Both the position numbers and the translations under genes were made by a program. A stretch of 64,000 nucleotides of DNA from Nannocystales bacterium (GTDB lineage Bacteria > Myxococcota_A > Polyangia > Nannocystales > Nannocystaceae): positions 32,001 to 96,000 of the forward strand of contig JBOEGF010000006.1 in NCBI GenBank assembly GCA_050633305.1, in the 5' to 3' direction. The notes beneath the pieces are model-generated. The model made no database searches, was not told where the DNA came from, and saw nothing but the letters and a program-made list of their open reading frames with translations. Shown here piece by piece: positions 29,025 to 39,719 of this stretch; position 1 is the stretch's first letter, and each line of letters starts with the position of its first letter.

Positions 29025-31130
29025 CTAGGCCCGCATGTTGAGGACCTCGCTCGGGTCTACCCCGAACGCGGCCTTCCGGCTGAGACGAATCTTGCCGGTG
29101 GGGTCGATGTTGAGCACCTTGACGATGACTTCGTCGCCCTCGCTGAGGATGTCGGCAACCTTCTCGACCCGCTTGTTCTCCAGCTCGGAGATGTGCACGA
29201 GTCCGTCGGTACCCGGCAGGACCTCGACGAATGCACCGAAGTCGACCACGCGGGTGACAACGCCCTGGTAGACGGCACCGATCTCGGCTTCGGCGGTCAG
29301 GCCTTCGATGAGGCGCTTGGCGGAAGCGATCGACTCGGGATTGTCCGAAGCGATCGTCACACGGCCGTGGTCATCGACGTTGATCTGCGCACCGGACTGC
29401 TCCGTGATGGCGCGGATCATCTTGCCTCCGGGGCCGATGATGTCGCGGATGCGGTCGACCTTGACCTGAACGGTCTCGATGCGCGGCGCGTAGCGGGACA
29501 CGTCGTCCTTGTGCGTCGGCATGATCTTGTTCATCTCGGTGAGGATGTGCAGCCGGGCCTCGCGGGCCTGGTCGAGCGCGTCCTCGAGGATCTTGCGGGT
29601 CAGGCCCTGGACCTTGATGTCCATCTGAAGGGCGGTGATGCCCTCCTCGGTCCCGGTGACCTTGAAGTCCATGTCGCCGAGGTGGTCCTCGTCGCCGAGG
29701 ATGTCGGTGAGGACGGCGATCTTGTCACCGACCTGCATCAGGCCCATCGCGATACCGGCGACGGGCGCCTTGAGGGGCACACCAGCGTCCATCATCGCGA
29801 TCGAGCCGCCGCACACCGAAGCCATCGACGAGGAGCCGTTGGACTCCATGATGTCCGAGACGACGCGGATCGTGTACGGGAAGTCCTCGAGCGAGGGCAG
29901 TACGGGCTTGAGCGCGCGCTCTGCCAATGCACCGTGGCCGGTCTCGCGACGGGAGGTGCCGCGAATGGGACGGACTTCGCCGGTGCAGTACGGGGGGAAG
30001 TTGTAGTGCAGCAGGAAGTGCCGACGGACGTCGCCACGCAGGGTGTCGAGGCGCTGGGCGTCGTACTCGGTGCCGAGCGTACAAGTGGCGTACGCCTGGG
30101 TTTCACCGCGCTGGAAGAACGCGGAGCCGTGGGGACGCTCGAACGGGTGCGGGTTGATCCACAGCGGACGCACGTCGCGGGTACCACGACCGTCGAGGCG
30201 CTTGCCCGTGTTGACGACCATGTTGCGGACGGTCTCTTTTTCGAGCTTCGCGAAACCCGAGGAGATGTCCTCGCCCTTGTCCGGGTGCGTCGCGAGGAAC
30301 TTCTCTTTGGTCTCGGCCTTGATGGCGGAGATGGCGGAGGAGCGCTCGTGCTTGCCGGCGATCTTGAGAGCTTCGACCAGCTTCGCCTCGGCGAACTTGC
30401 TGACCTCGGCCTGCAGCGCCTCGTCGACAGGAGGCGGGATGTACTCGCGCTTGGGCTTGCCGACCTTCTCCCGCAGACGGTGCTGCAGAGCGATGAGAGG
30501 CTGTGCCGACTCTTGGCCGAACATCAGGCCGTCGATCATGGCCGACTCTGACGCTGCGTTGGCTCCACCCTCCACCATCACGATGGCGTCGGAGTTGGCA
30601 CCCACCACAAGCGTGATGTCGGCCTCTTGGATCTGGGAGTAGGTCGGGAACGCGACCCACTTGCCACCGATGTGCGCGACGCGGACACCCGCGATGGGGC
30701 CGGCCCACGGCACGTCCGAGATCATGAGCGCGGCGGAGGCACCCGTGATGGACAGGACGTCAGGCTCGTTCTCCTTGTCGTGCGACAAGATGTTGGTGAT
30801 GACCTGCGTGTCGCAGCGGTACCCCTTGGGGAACAGCGGTCGAATCGGACGGTCGGTGACCCGGCACGTCAGGATTTCCTCGGTGGAGGGACGGCCCTCG
30901 CGCTTGAAGTAGCCGCCGGGGATCTTGCCAGCGGACGCCGCGGACTCCCGGTACTCGACCGTCAGCGGAAGGAAGGGAAGGTCCTTCGGCTTGGGTCCCG
31001 AGTTCGCGCTGACCAACACGGCGGTCTCGCCCACGCGGACGATGACGGCGTTGGTTTGCTTGGCGATTTTGCCGGTCTCGATGAAGATCTCGACATCTCC
31101 GACCTTGCAGGTTTCGATCGTTTCGTTCAT
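29025..31130 (-). CDS. pnp: Polyribonucleotide nucleotidyltransferase
   Basis: FLPLTVEY, GKIPGG..KREGRP, RRETGHG, SNGSSSMAS, GDMDFKV, plus KH and S1 domains. Confidence 0.98.
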   Translation of the reverse strand: MNETIETCKVGDVEIFIETGKIAKQTNAVIVRVGETAVLVSANSGPKPKDLPFLPLTVEYRESAASAGKIPGGYFKREGRPSTEEILTCRVTDRPIRPLFPKGYRCDTQVITNILSHDKENEPDVLSITGASAALMISDVPWAGPIAGVRVAHIGGKWVAFPTYSQIQEADITLVVGANSDAIVMVEGGANAASESAMIDGLMFGQESAQPLIALQHRLREKVGKPKREYIPPPVDEALQAEVSKFAEAKLVEALKIAGKHERSSAISAIKAETKEKFLATHPDKGEDISSGFAKLEKETVRNMVVNTGKRLDGRGTRDVRPLWINPHPFERPHGSAFFQRGETQAYATCTLGTEYDAQRLDTLRGDVRRHFLLHYNFPPYCTGEVRPIRGTSRRETGHGALAERALKPVLPSLEDFPYTIRVVSDIMESNGSSSMASVCGGSIAMMDAGVPLKAPVAGIAMGLMQVGDKIAVLTDILGDEDHLGDMDFKVTGTEEGITALQMDIKVQGLTRKILEDALDQAREARLHILTEMNKIMPTHKDDVSRYAPRIETVQVKVDRIRDIIGPGGKMIRAITEQSGAQINVDDHGRVTIASDNPESIASAKRLIEGLTAEAEIGAVYQGVVTRVVDFGAFVEVLPGTDGLVHISELENKRVEKVADILSEGDEVIVKVLNIDPTGKIRLSRKAAFGVDPSEVLNMRA

Positions 31131-31319
31131 GGAATTCTTGCTCTTGAGGTTGGGTTCGCGTTGCCCGAGCCCAGGCATACCCAGCGGGGTGTGCCGTCTC
31201 CGAGGGCCAACGCAGGGGAAGACGCTCTGCCGCCCAAACGCACTCAGGGATCGGTCGACCCCCAAACGCGGCGAAGGGCGCAACCCATGGAGGGAAGCGC
31301 CCGACGTGCAGCAGCAGCG

Positions 31320-31589
31320 TTACTTTCGGATGTTGAGCTCCGCGATGACGGTGCGGTATCGCTCGATGTCCTTGCCTTTGACGTAGTCGAGAAGGCGACG
31401 ACGTCGTCCGACCAGCTTGAGGAGTCCACGTCGCGAGTGGAAGTCCTTGCGGTGCGTGCGGAAGTGGTCGGTCAGGTAGGTGATTCGCTTGCTCAGGAGC
31501 GCGATCTGGACCTCCGGGGAGCCGGTGTCTTGTTCGCTGCGTTTGAACTTGCCGACGATTTCGGCTTTGCGATCAGTAGAGAGAGCCAT
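31320..31589 (-). CDS. rpsO: 30S ribosomal protein S15
   Basis: [12 protein letters not shown]...[22 protein letters not shown]; 89 aa. Confidence 0.98.
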   Translation of the reverse strand: MALSTDRKAEIVGKFKRSEQDTGSPEVQIALLSKRITYLTDHFRTHRKDFHSRRGLLKLVGRRRRLLDYVKGKDIERYRTVIAELNIRK

Positions 31590-31675
31590 AGTGCTGCTGT
31601 TGCTTACTCGAAGTCTTCGAGGTTGTGGGAGACGACGACCGTCTCCACTTGTTCGTCTAGTTCGGAGGTCGGCGC

Positions 31676-31704
31676 AGAATCCACGCGAGGCGCCGTGATG
31701 TCAA
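31676..31704 (-). promoter_or_regulatory. Putative sigma70 promoter for rpsO-pnp
   Basis: TTGACA (overlapping the truB stop)-17 nt-GATTCT. Confidence 0.45.
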
Positions 31705-32741
31705 GGGGCAGCGGGTGAGTCGAAGGCAAGAGCTCTCAGGGTGCGCTGAACCCTCAGAACCGGGCCGGCTTGGCTCGGCTCGAACCGGCACAGAACGATG
31801 CCTGGGCCGGCACGAACCGCCAGCGGCCCCACGGGCGTGTGGTCCCGCAGAAGCGGATGGTCAGCCGGAATTGCCTGTCCAAACCCGACCCGACGCACGA
31901 TGTCCTCTCCGTGCGCACCTTGCGGCACATCGAAGACCGGTACGCCGAGGACTTCAACGGGGTCGTTCAGGGCGTCGAGCAACGCCTTCGCTTGCTGCTC
32001 GCGCTCGCCCCCGACCCCGCGCACTCGGACCCGGTGCCGAGGCTTTCCGTCGGGACGCGGCTCCATTGCGGTCACATCGAATCCCGAGATCGCTCGAGGA
32101 TGCTCGAGCGAGCACGAGCCAGAAGCGATGCGGTGCAGGCTACCCAGATGCGCGGGGATACCCAGCCGTTCCCCGAGTTCGACGGCAAGGGAGCGAATGA
32201 ACGACCCCTTGCTGACCCGGACCGTCGCCGCTATCTCCCCGCGTGCCACCACCTCCACGTCCGAGATCGACAGCACGGTCATCGCTCGTTTCGGTACGTC
32301 GAACGCCTCTCCTCGGCGTGCTTTCTCATGGGCCCGCTCGCCGTCGATCCGGACCGCACTGAATGCCGGCGGCGCGAGCTGGTGCGTTCCCAGCAGGCCG
32401 CGCAAGACCTCCGGCGCCCGTGCCCATGTCGAGTCGTCCAGCTCCGCCTCCGCCGTCACCTCACCGGCTGCGTCCGCTGTGGTGGTGGACCTGCCAAGGA
32501 CGAACCTTCCGCGGTAGGTCTTGTCGTCGTCCGTCAGCATCGAGACGAGCTTGGTCGCTGGCCCCACGCAACACACCAGGAGCCCGGTGGCCCCGGGGTC
32601 CAAGGTCCCACAATGGCCGACCGAACGCGTCCGCAACACCCACCGAACGAAGTCGCAGACTTCGGCCGACGTGGGTCCCGCGGGTTTGTCGATGTAGAGG
32701 ACTCCGAGCGGTTCGTCCGCGGACCGCTTACGCTTGCCCAT
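31701..32741 (-). CDS. truB: tRNA pseudouridine(55) synthase
   Basis: IDKPAG, GHCGTLDPGATG, PPAFSA, SKGSFIRSLA motifs. Confidence 0.95.
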   Translation of the reverse strand: MGKRKRSADEPLGVLYIDKPAGPTSAEVCDFVRWVLRTRSVGHCGTLDPGATGLLVCCVGPATKLVSMLTDDDKTYRGRFVLGRSTTTADAAGEVTAEAELDDSTWARAPEVLRGLLGTHQLAPPAFSAVRIDGERAHEKARRGEAFDVPKRAMTVLSISDVEVVARGEIAATVRVSKGSFIRSLAVELGERLGIPAHLGSLHRIASGSCSLEHPRAISGFDVTAMEPRPDGKPRHRVRVRGVGGEREQQAKALLDALNDPVEVLGVPVFDVPQGAHGEDIVRRVGFGQAIPADHPLLRDHTPVGPLAVRAGPGIVLCRFEPSQAGPVLRVQRTLRALAFDSPAAP

Positions 32742-33180
32742 CGGGTGGACCGTCGGGTGAGCCGTCGGAGGATGCAGACACATCCGCCGAGTCTGCGGGC
32801 TCGGGCTCGGGCTCGGATGCCTCTCGATCCTGGGCATGAATCTCGGCCAGCACCTGTTCGATGCGCGTGCCGTGCCCGATCGAGTCGTCGTGCTCAAACC
32901 GAAGCGAAGGCGTCCGACGAAGTGTCAGGACCTTGCCGAGGTGGCGCTTGAACACCCCCTGTGCCGCATTGAGCCCGGCGACGACACGCCCCACCTCAGG
33001 GCCGCCCTGCAGGACGTCAATGAACACGCGCGCCACGGAGAGGTCCGGTGACACCCGAACGGCGGTCACCGAGATCATCTCCTGGCGTTGGACACGATGG
33101 TCCTTGATGGCACCGCGTAGAAGCGCCCCGGCGATTTCTCGCCGGAGCAACTCCTCCACTCGGGATTGACGCGTGCTCAC
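32728..33180 (-). CDS. rbfA: Ribosome-binding factor A
   Basis: R..RVEE, VT.VRVSPDLSVARVF, LRRTPSLRFEHD. Follows infB. Confidence 0.95.
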   Translation of the reverse strand: MSTRQSRVEELLRREIAGALLRGAIKDHRVQRQEMISVTAVRVSPDLSVARVFIDVLQGGPEVGRVVAGLNAAQGVFKRHLGKVLTLRRTPSLRFEHDDSIGHGTRIEQVLAEIHAQDREASEPEPEPADSADVSASSDGSPDGPPDGQA

Positions 33181-33207
33181 GCGTGTTCCTCTGCGGTCCG
33201 TCCCACG

Positions 33208-36200
33208 CTAGAGCGTGGGCGGGATGGCTTCCATCTCGAAGGCTTGCAAGGTGTCGCCCTCGGCGAGCCCCGTATAACCGTCGACCACGATGCCGCATTC
33301 GAAGCCGTCTTTGACTTCTTTGACATCGTCCTTGTGAACACGCAGCGAGCTGATGACGCCGCTGTGCAGGACTTCGCCATCCCGGACAACCCGAACGTGG
33401 GAGTTCCGTGTGATGGACCCTCGGGTGATCCGACAACCGGCAACAACGCCGAGCCGAGGGATGGGGAAGAGCGCACGGACTTCGGCTTCGCCCTGCTCGC
33501 GCTCCCGGTACTCGGGCTCGAGTAGACCGACCATCAGCTCACGGGCCATGTCCAACGCCTCGTAGATGACGCTGAAGGTGTGGATCGTGACCCCTTCGCT
33601 CTCCGCGACAGGGGCGGCCTTTCCAGCCGTCTTGACGTTGAAGCCGAAGATGACGGCGTCGCCCGCGTGGGCGTACTTGACGTCGGTCTCGTTGATCTGA
33701 CCGACCTCTGCCTTGATGACCTTGAGCTTGACCTTCTCGGTCTCGTTCGTGATCTCCTCGAGGGCTTCGGCCAGCGCTTGGGCAGATCCCTGCACGTCGG
33801 CTTTGAGCACCACTTTGAGGACCGGCACCTGCTTGCGAAGCATCATCTCCGTGATGCTCGGACCGGTGCGGACGCTCTCCTTGCGGAGCCGTTTCTCGCG
33901 ACGGTGTGCCACGAGCGCCTTGGCGTCCTTGTCGTTGTCGACCACGTTGATCGTGTCGCCTGCGAGCGGAACCCCAGACAGACCCAGAACTTCGATCGGG
34001 GTCGAAGGCCCAACGGTCTTGAGCATCTTGCCTTTTTGGTCCACGAGGCCACGCACGCGGGCGTGGAACTCGTTGGCGACAACGATGTCTCCCTTGCTCA
34101 GGGTGCCGGCCTGCACGAGGACGGTGACCACAATGCCGCGTCCTTTGTCGATGCGAGCCTCGAGGACGGTGCCGCCCGCGTTGCCTTCGACAGGAGCACG
34201 GAGCTCCAGCACCTCGGCTTGCAGAGCCAGGGTCTCGAGGAGGTCCTCGACGCCCTGCCCCGTCTTCGCCGAGACCTCGACGATGGGCACGGTGCCGCCG
34301 AACTCTTCGCCGACGATCTCGTGTTCCATCAGCGCCTGCTTGACGCGGCCGGCATTCGCATCCGGCTTGTCGATCTTGTTGACCGCGACGACAATGGGAA
34401 CACCCGCTTCGCGGCTGTGTTTGATCGCCTCGATGGTGGTCGGCATGACGCCGTCATCGGCAGCGACGACCAGGACAACGATATCGGTGACCTGGGCGCC
34501 GCGCTCACGCATGGCGGTGAAGGCCTCGTGACCCGGCGTATCGAGGAAGGTGACCTCCCCTTTGGCCGTCTCGACCTTGTAGGCCGCGACGTGTTGCGTG
34601 ATGCCACCAGCTTCGCCCGCGGCGACCCGGCTCTGCCGGATGTAGTCCAGCAGCGAGGTTTTTCCGTGGTCGACGTGACCCATGACGGTGACGACTGGAG
34701 CGCGAGGCTCGAAGCCTGCCTCGTCGTCGTGGGACGTCATCCCAGCTTCGTCGAACGCGACGTTCTCGGTCGTGTATCCGAACTCGGCCGCCACCATCTC
34801 GGCGGTCTCGAAGTCGATCGCGTTGTTGATGGTGATGCCGCGCATCCCCATGCCCCAGAGGGTCCGGAGAATGGCGGACGCCTTCTTGCCCATCTGGTGG
34901 GCCAGATCTGCGACCTGGATGGCTTCGTCGACGCGAATCCGCTTCTTGTCGTCGCCCATCGCGACCGTGTTGATCTTCGGGGGACCTGAACGGTCCTGTC
35001 CTCGACCACCACGACGTGGGGGTTTGCGCCGTCCACGAGCCTGGTGACGCTCTTCCCGCTGCTTGCGGATCGAGGCACGCCCCATCTTCTCCTGCTCGTT
35101 CGCATCGGTGATGATCACCTGCTTGCGACGGCTCGCGGGGAGCTGGATGAAGCCCAGGATCTTGGGCTCGGACCGCTGCGACGCGGCACCGACAATGACG
35201 CCAGCCTCGTTGCGGAGCACACGACCACTTCCGCCGTCGGCCGCTGCAGCCTCGGGCTTCGCTGTCGCACCGTCCGCGCCTCCGACCGCACCGCCATCCG
35301 CACCCGCTGGATCTGCCGCTCCTGCCGATCCTGGGGCAGCCCCAGCGGCAGCACCTGGAGCGGCAGCCGCAGCTGCGTCCGTGGCAGGCGTCGCGTCAGC
35401 GGCCGCTTCGGTCGCAAGCGCCGCCTCGGCTGCAGCTGCAGCTTCAGGCGCGGCCTGAGCTGCGGGTGCAGGCGTGGAAGCGGGTGCAGACTTGGCGTCC
35501 GCCGCCGGGCGGGTTGCCGGGCGGGCAGCGGGTCGTGCTGCTGGGCGCTGAGGAGCCTGTTCGCGAGCGGGTCGCGAGGCCATGCCTCCGGGCAAACGCC
35601 GCGTGTTCGAGGGCAGCACGATACGCTCGCCGACCTTCGGGGCCTCTCGCTTCGGCACGGCCGCCGCGGCTGCCTGAGCTGCCGCTTGGGCTTGTGCCGC
35701 GGCCTGAGCTGCCGCCGCACCTGGCTTGCGCTCCGATGCGGGAACGGGCCGGGTGGTCGATGGCCGTGGCGCCGGTCGACGCGTCGCGACAGGCGGGTTG
35801 CCTGAAGGTCGCTCCGCGCTCGGACGACGCCGGGTGACCGGTGCCCCCGATGAGGGAGACGGTGCCCGCGCGGGAGTCGGCTCTTCCGCGGCCGGTGCGA
35901 CCTCAGGCTCTGCCGGTTCTGCCTCACGCTCGGCGCGACGCCGACGTACGTCAGCTCCGCGTCTGCGGATTACGGTACCGCCGCTGCGCTTGCTCTCGCT
36001 TTTGCTGCCGGCGATGACACGCTCTTGCGTTTCGACGGGGGCCGCAGCCTCCTCGGGAACACCACGTACCGTTGCCCGCACGCGTGTTGCCTCTTCAGGC
36101 GTAAGCGTGGACATGTAGTTTTTAATGGGAATGCCGAGGTTACGGATCACTGTTTCCAGCGACCGGTTATCCTCGTTCAGCTCTCTTGCGAGCTCATAGA

Positions 36201-36216
36201 CTCGAACCTTGGCCAT
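33208..36216 (-). CDS. infB: Translation initiation factor IF-2
   Basis: [35 protein letters not shown] and C-terminal GFECG motifs. Confidence 0.98.
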   Translation of the reverse strand: MAKVRVYELARELNEDNRSLETVIRNLGIPIKNYMSTLTPEEATRVRATVRGVPEEAAAPVETQERVIAGSKSESKRSGGTVIRRRGADVRRRRAEREAEPAEPEVAPAAEEPTPARAPSPSSGAPVTRRRPSAERPSGNPPVATRRPAPRPSTTRPVPASERKPGAAAAQAAAQAQAAAQAAAAAVPKREAPKVGERIVLPSNTRRLPGGMASRPAREQAPQRPAARPAARPATRPAADAKSAPASTPAPAAQAAPEAAAAAEAALATEAAADATPATDAAAAAAPGAAAGAAPGSAGAADPAGADGGAVGGADGATAKPEAAAADGGSGRVLRNEAGVIVGAASQRSEPKILGFIQLPASRRKQVIITDANEQEKMGRASIRKQREERHQARGRRKPPRRGGRGQDRSGPPKINTVAMGDDKKRIRVDEAIQVADLAHQMGKKASAILRTLWGMGMRGITINNAIDFETAEMVAAEFGYTTENVAFDEAGMTSHDDEAGFEPRAPVVTVMGHVDHGKTSLLDYIRQSRVAAGEAGGITQHVAAYKVETAKGEVTFLDTPGHEAFTAMRERGAQVTDIVVLVVAADDGVMPTTIEAIKHSREAGVPIVVAVNKIDKPDANAGRVKQALMEHEIVGEEFGGTVPIVEVSAKTGQGVEDLLETLALQAEVLELRAPVEGNAGGTVLEARIDKGRGIVVTVLVQAGTLSKGDIVVANEFHARVRGLVDQKGKMLKTVGPSTPIEVLGLSGVPLAGDTINVVDNDKDAKALVAHRREKRLRKESVRTGPSITEMMLRKQVPVLKVVLKADVQGSAQALAEALEEITNETEKVKLKVIKAEVGQINETDVKYAHAGDAVIFGFNVKTAGKAAPVAESEGVTIHTFSVIYEALDMARELMVGLLEPEYREREQGEAEVRALFPIPRLGVVAGCRITRGSITRNSHVRVVRDGEVLHSGVISSLRVHKDDVKEVKDGFECGIVVDGYTGLAEGDTLQAFEMEAIPPTL

Positions 36217-36652
36217 GACGACGCACCCCCTCAGTGTGGGCCTCACGTGCTCTGCACATCGAAGTGTGCAACTGCGTGAGATGGTTCAGACGACGAGGCG
36301 ACGCGGACCGGATGTCCGTGGCGGGGCTCGTGCGCCGAAGTTGTTCAACCTGATCTGTCACGGCTTGCTTGGTATCCACCCAGAGGGTCGAGCCCGGAAC
36401 CGCAACTGACAAGGTGTTGGGACCAGTTAGCGCGCGCGCGAACGCACGCCGTTTGACAGCGATTTCGTAGCAGGAACGCGACGGACACAGGTAGGCACTG
36501 CGCCCTTTGTCACGCTTAGGTGTCACTGCCGGTACGATGTGGCCATCGGACCGGCGGCGGAAGCGGAGGAGTGCGGAGGCGGGCTTACGAGCCCGACACG
36601 CGACACACATCCTGGAAGGCATGTGGGGAGCCACAGTCGTTGAGACGGTCAA
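36194..36652 (-). CDS. ylxR: YlxR (DUF448) RNA-binding protein
   Basis: RMCVACR, LLRF, GRSAYLC...C...RAFARAL. Lies between nusA and infB. Confidence 0.85.
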   Translation of the reverse strand: MTVSTTVAPHMPSRMCVACRARKPASALLRFRRRSDGHIVPAVTPKRDKGRSAYLCPSRSCYEIAVKRRAFARALTGPNTLSVAVPGSTLWVDTKQAVTDQVEQLRRTSPATDIRSASPRRLNHLTQLHTSMCRAREAHTEGVRRHGQGSSL

Positions 36653-38112
36653 TCGCCACCTCCTACGGTTGGCCGCGACCCTGCCCCGGCGGGCTCGCCG
36701 CTGGCGTGCCCCGCATGGTCAGGATGACCGGGGTCGTTCGGGTCGTCGGGATCGGGCTCAGGAGGGTATTCGACCTTCAGCTCGAGGTGACCGCTAGCCG
36801 CGTCGTTCGCGACTTCAATGATCTGCTCGGCAGTCGGGGTGTCGCCGACGCCCTCGACCTGGCTCAGCTCCTCGGAGTCGGCGACCGCGAGGTCGCGAAG
36901 GCTACGCCAGCCCATGTGGAACAGAATCTCGGACGTCTCGTGTCCGACGCCGGGGATCGCGGCCATCTCGGCCTTGTTCCGGACCTCTTGCTGACGGATC
37001 TTGCTCTCCGAGAAGATGTCGATGCGCCAGCCGGTCAGACGAGAGGCGAGGCGGACGTTCTGTCCGCGCTTGCCAATGGCCAGGCTGAGCTTGTCGTCCG
37101 GGACGATGAGCTCCATCGTGTGCCGATCGGCGTCGATGAGCACGCGCGACACCTGAGCGGGCTGAATCGCATTACAGACGAACCGGGCCGGGTCGTCGTT
37201 GAAGGGAACGATGTCGATCTTTTCGCCCCGAAGCTCCTGAACGACGGCTTGCACCCGAGAGCCCCGCATACCCACGCAAGCGCCGACCGGGTCGACGTCG
37301 CGCTCGCGGCTGGAGACGGCGATCTTGGACCGTGCGCCGGGCTCCCGGGCACAGGCCTCGATCCGCACGATGCCCTCGAAGATTTCCGGGACTTCGTGCT
37401 CGAAGAGCTTCTCGACGAGGCCACGGTGGGTCCGAGAGAGGATGATCTGTGGGCCACGCGCCGACTTGTCCACGTCTTTGACGTAGGCAACGATTCGGTC
37501 ACCGGGTCGCAGCGACTCGCGGGGGACTTGCTCGCGGACCGGGAGGATCGCCTCGGCCTTGCCGTTGTCGACCTCGACGACGATCGAGCCACGCTCGAAC
37601 CGACGGACGATGCCGGTCATCAGCTCGCCCTTCTTGTCTTTGTATGCGTCGTACAGGTTCTCGCGCTCCGCCTCTCGGACGCGCTGGATGATGACCTGCT
37701 TGGCGGTTTGAGCCGCGATTCGGCCAAAGCCACCACCGACACCCGCGCGGAGCGCTTCGATCTCGGGGTAGTCCTTCGCCTGCTGCTCGGCGCGTTTCTT
37801 GTCGCCGGGCAAATAGAAGATCTGGAAGAGGAGCTCGTCGCCCTCTTCAGCCTCGAGACCCGAGCGCTGTGCCTGGGCGAGCGTGAGCTCCCGAAGCGGC
37901 TGGGTGACATCGTCGACGACGTAGAGAACCTGGAACAGGTTCACCATTCCGGTCTCGTCGTCGAAGGTCGCCTCGATCTCGCGCTCTTCGAACACCTTCT
38001 TGGCCGCGGCAAGCACCGCTTGCTCCACCGTTTCGGTGAGCACAGCCCTCGAGATGTTCTTCTCGCGGCAAACCTGGTCGATGACCGTGCTGAGGTTGAC
38101 TGCTTCTTCCAT
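36649..38112 (-). CDS. nusA: Transcription termination/antitermination factor NusA
   Basis: [40 protein letters not shown] and C-terminal HhH repeats. Confidence 0.98.
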   Translation of the reverse strand: MEEAVNLSTVIDQVCREKNISRAVLTETVEQAVLAAAKKVFEEREIEATFDDETGMVNLFQVLYVVDDVTQPLRELTLAQAQRSGLEAEEGDELLFQIFYLPGDKKRAEQQAKDYPEIEALRAGVGGGFGRIAAQTAKQVIIQRVREAERENLYDAYKDKKGELMTGIVRRFERGSIVVEVDNGKAEAILPVREQVPRESLRPGDRIVAYVKDVDKSARGPQIILSRTHRGLVEKLFEHEVPEIFEGIVRIEACAREPGARSKIAVSSRERDVDPVGACVGMRGSRVQAVVQELRGEKIDIVPFNDDPARFVCNAIQPAQVSRVLIDADRHTMELIVPDDKLSLAIGKRGQNVRLASRLTGWRIDIFSESKIRQQEVRNKAEMAAIPGVGHETSEILFHMGWRSLRDLAVADSEELSQVEGVGDTPTAEQIIEVANDAASGHLELKVEYPPEPDPDDPNDPGHPDHAGHASGEPAGAGSRPTVGGGD

Positions 38113-38210
38113 GGCTGCGGAACCTTTCCGACTGTCCGATGATCCGACCCTTGTTCGACCTTGTTCGAAGTTCAATGCTGATGGCGACGCGCTCGAAAGA
38201 ATGCGTGCGA

Positions 38211-38858
38211 TCAACCTTCGTAGACCAGATGCGCTTTGCGAATCTGGTCGAGGTCGATGACCTGATGCGCCCCGCCGTCGGGATCGACGAGCGTGACCGT
38301 TCCGGCGCGGTCATCTTCGGGGGCATGAGGGGCGGATTGGACGTCCTCAATGCGTCCGTTGAAGTTCTTCTGCTTGGATCCGGCATCCAGCGGAGAAAAC
38401 GTGGTGACCTTGGCAAGGCCGCCGAGATGGCGGCGAAAGTGGGAAAGCTTGGCGAGAGGCCGGTCGATGCCCGGCGAGGAGACCTCGAGGACGTACGGGG
38501 CCTTGAGCACACGAGCGACGGCAGCCGCCTCGGGGTCAGCCTCGGCGGCATCGAGCGTACTGGAGACGATCGGCGCCATCTTGGCGCAGTCATCCAGCGA
38601 GAAGCCGCCGTCGAGTCGGTCGAGGTAGATGGCAAGCCGGCGGTGCTTGCCGGAGCCCGAGAACTCGGTGTGGACCAACTCGTAGCCCATGGACTCGACC
38701 ACCGGGTTCAGCACGCCCTCGAGCAGTTCCTCCGGGCGAACGACCCGTCCCAGAGCGGGCGCCGAGGCGGGTGCCGCGACCACGCCAGCGGCAGCCGCGT
38801 CGACAGAGTCGGACGCGCCCGGGGCGTTGGTTGGCGGCTGTTCAGTGGAGGGACTCAT
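38211..38858 (-). CDS. rimP: Ribosome maturation factor RimP
   Basis: GYELV, LDDC and [14 protein letters not shown] motifs. First gene of the nusA operon. Confidence 0.93.
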   Translation of the reverse strand: MSPSTEQPPTNAPGASDSVDAAAAGVVAAPASAPALGRVVRPEELLEGVLNPVVESMGYELVHTEFSGSGKHRRLAIYLDRLDGGFSLDDCAKMAPIVSSTLDAAEADPEAAAVARVLKAPYVLEVSSPGIDRPLAKLSHFRRHLGGLAKVTTFSPLDAGSKQKNFNGRIEDVQSAPHAPEDDRAGTVTLVDPDGGAHQVIDLDQIRKAHLVYEG

Positions 38859-38900
38859 GGGGAACTTGGTGGGTGCGGCAGTCTGCGGTCGGCGGCGGCG

Positions 38901-38936
38901 AAAAAAAAGAGCGGGACCCTAGGGTGCCCCACTCTC
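38901..38936 (-). terminator. rimP-leader terminator/attenuator hairpin
   Basis: Minus strand reads GAGAGTGGGGCACC-CTAG-GGTCCCGCTC-TTTTTTTT, about 40 nt upstream of the rimP ATG. Confidence 0.75.
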
Positions 38937-39071
38937 AAATGGCGTTGCCTTTTGAGATGCTGCGGAGCGAGCGAATAACACAAGGTTTGGGGCCCTGCAA
39001 GCGCGGCGTGCGAACGTTCAGCCCGCCTAGAGCCTCCACAATCGCCGCGCTTCTGGCATTCTGCCGGTGCA

Positions 39072-39719
39072 GTGGCCCGTGCCCGAGCTCAAGTCGGACT
39101 CCATGACCTCATGGAGCGGTATGTCGACGGAGATCGTCGCGCATTCGAAGCCCTGCATCAGGCCCTATCTCACCGTCTGCGGGGTTTTCTGCTCAAGCTC
39201 GTGCACGACGAGCCCGCGTGCGACGACCTGCTCCAGCTCACGTTGCTGAAGGCTCACCTCGCCCGCGACCGGTTCCGGGTGCCCGGCGGAGACCCCGATG
39301 GAGCGGTGCAAGCCTGGTACTTCGCCATCGCCCGCAACGTTGCGATGGACTTCCTGCGAGATCGGCACCGCTCCAAGAAGCGCGAGGCCGGCGGTTCCGA
39401 CGAGGGGAACGATCCCGTCGCTGCCCTCCCCGACCCTGCGCCAACCGCTCAGGAACATGGAGAACTGGTCGAGTCCGAGGCGATCATCGTCGAGGAGGTG
39501 CGGGCGGCGATCGCCCAGCTGCCTCCGAAGCAGCGCGAAGTCGTCGAGCTTCACAAGCTGCGCGGCATGTCGATGGCCGACATCGCCAGCCGTCTTCAGG
39601 TGCGTGAAGGCGCGATCCGAGTGCGTGCGCATCGTGCGTACAAGGCTCTGGCCAGGCTCCTCCAACCGCGCAAGCGCCCCCTGTTGGGGCAGGACGACGC
39701 CCCGGGAGAAGCCGAATGA
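39072..39719 (+). CDS. ECF-family RNA polymerase sigma factor
   Basis: GDRRAF..L, DDLLQ, WYFAIARN..MD, LP.KQREVV.L...G.S..DIA, RAHRAYK motifs. Confidence 0.92.
   Translation: MARARAQVGLHDLMERYVDGDRRAFEALHQALSHRLRGFLLKLVHDEPACDDLLQLTLLKAHLARDRFRVPGGDPDGAVQAWYFAIARNVAMDFLRDRHRSKKREAGGSDEGNDPVAALPDPAPTAQEHGELVESEAIIVEEVRAAIAQLPPKQREVVELHKLRGMSMADIASRLQVREGAIRVRAHRAYKALARLLQPRKRPLLGQDDAPGEAE

Noticed and set aside
35200..36000. Long Ala/Pro/Arg-rich N-terminal region of IF-2
   Set aside because: Variable low-complexity IF-2 N-termini are ordinary in high-GC bacteria.
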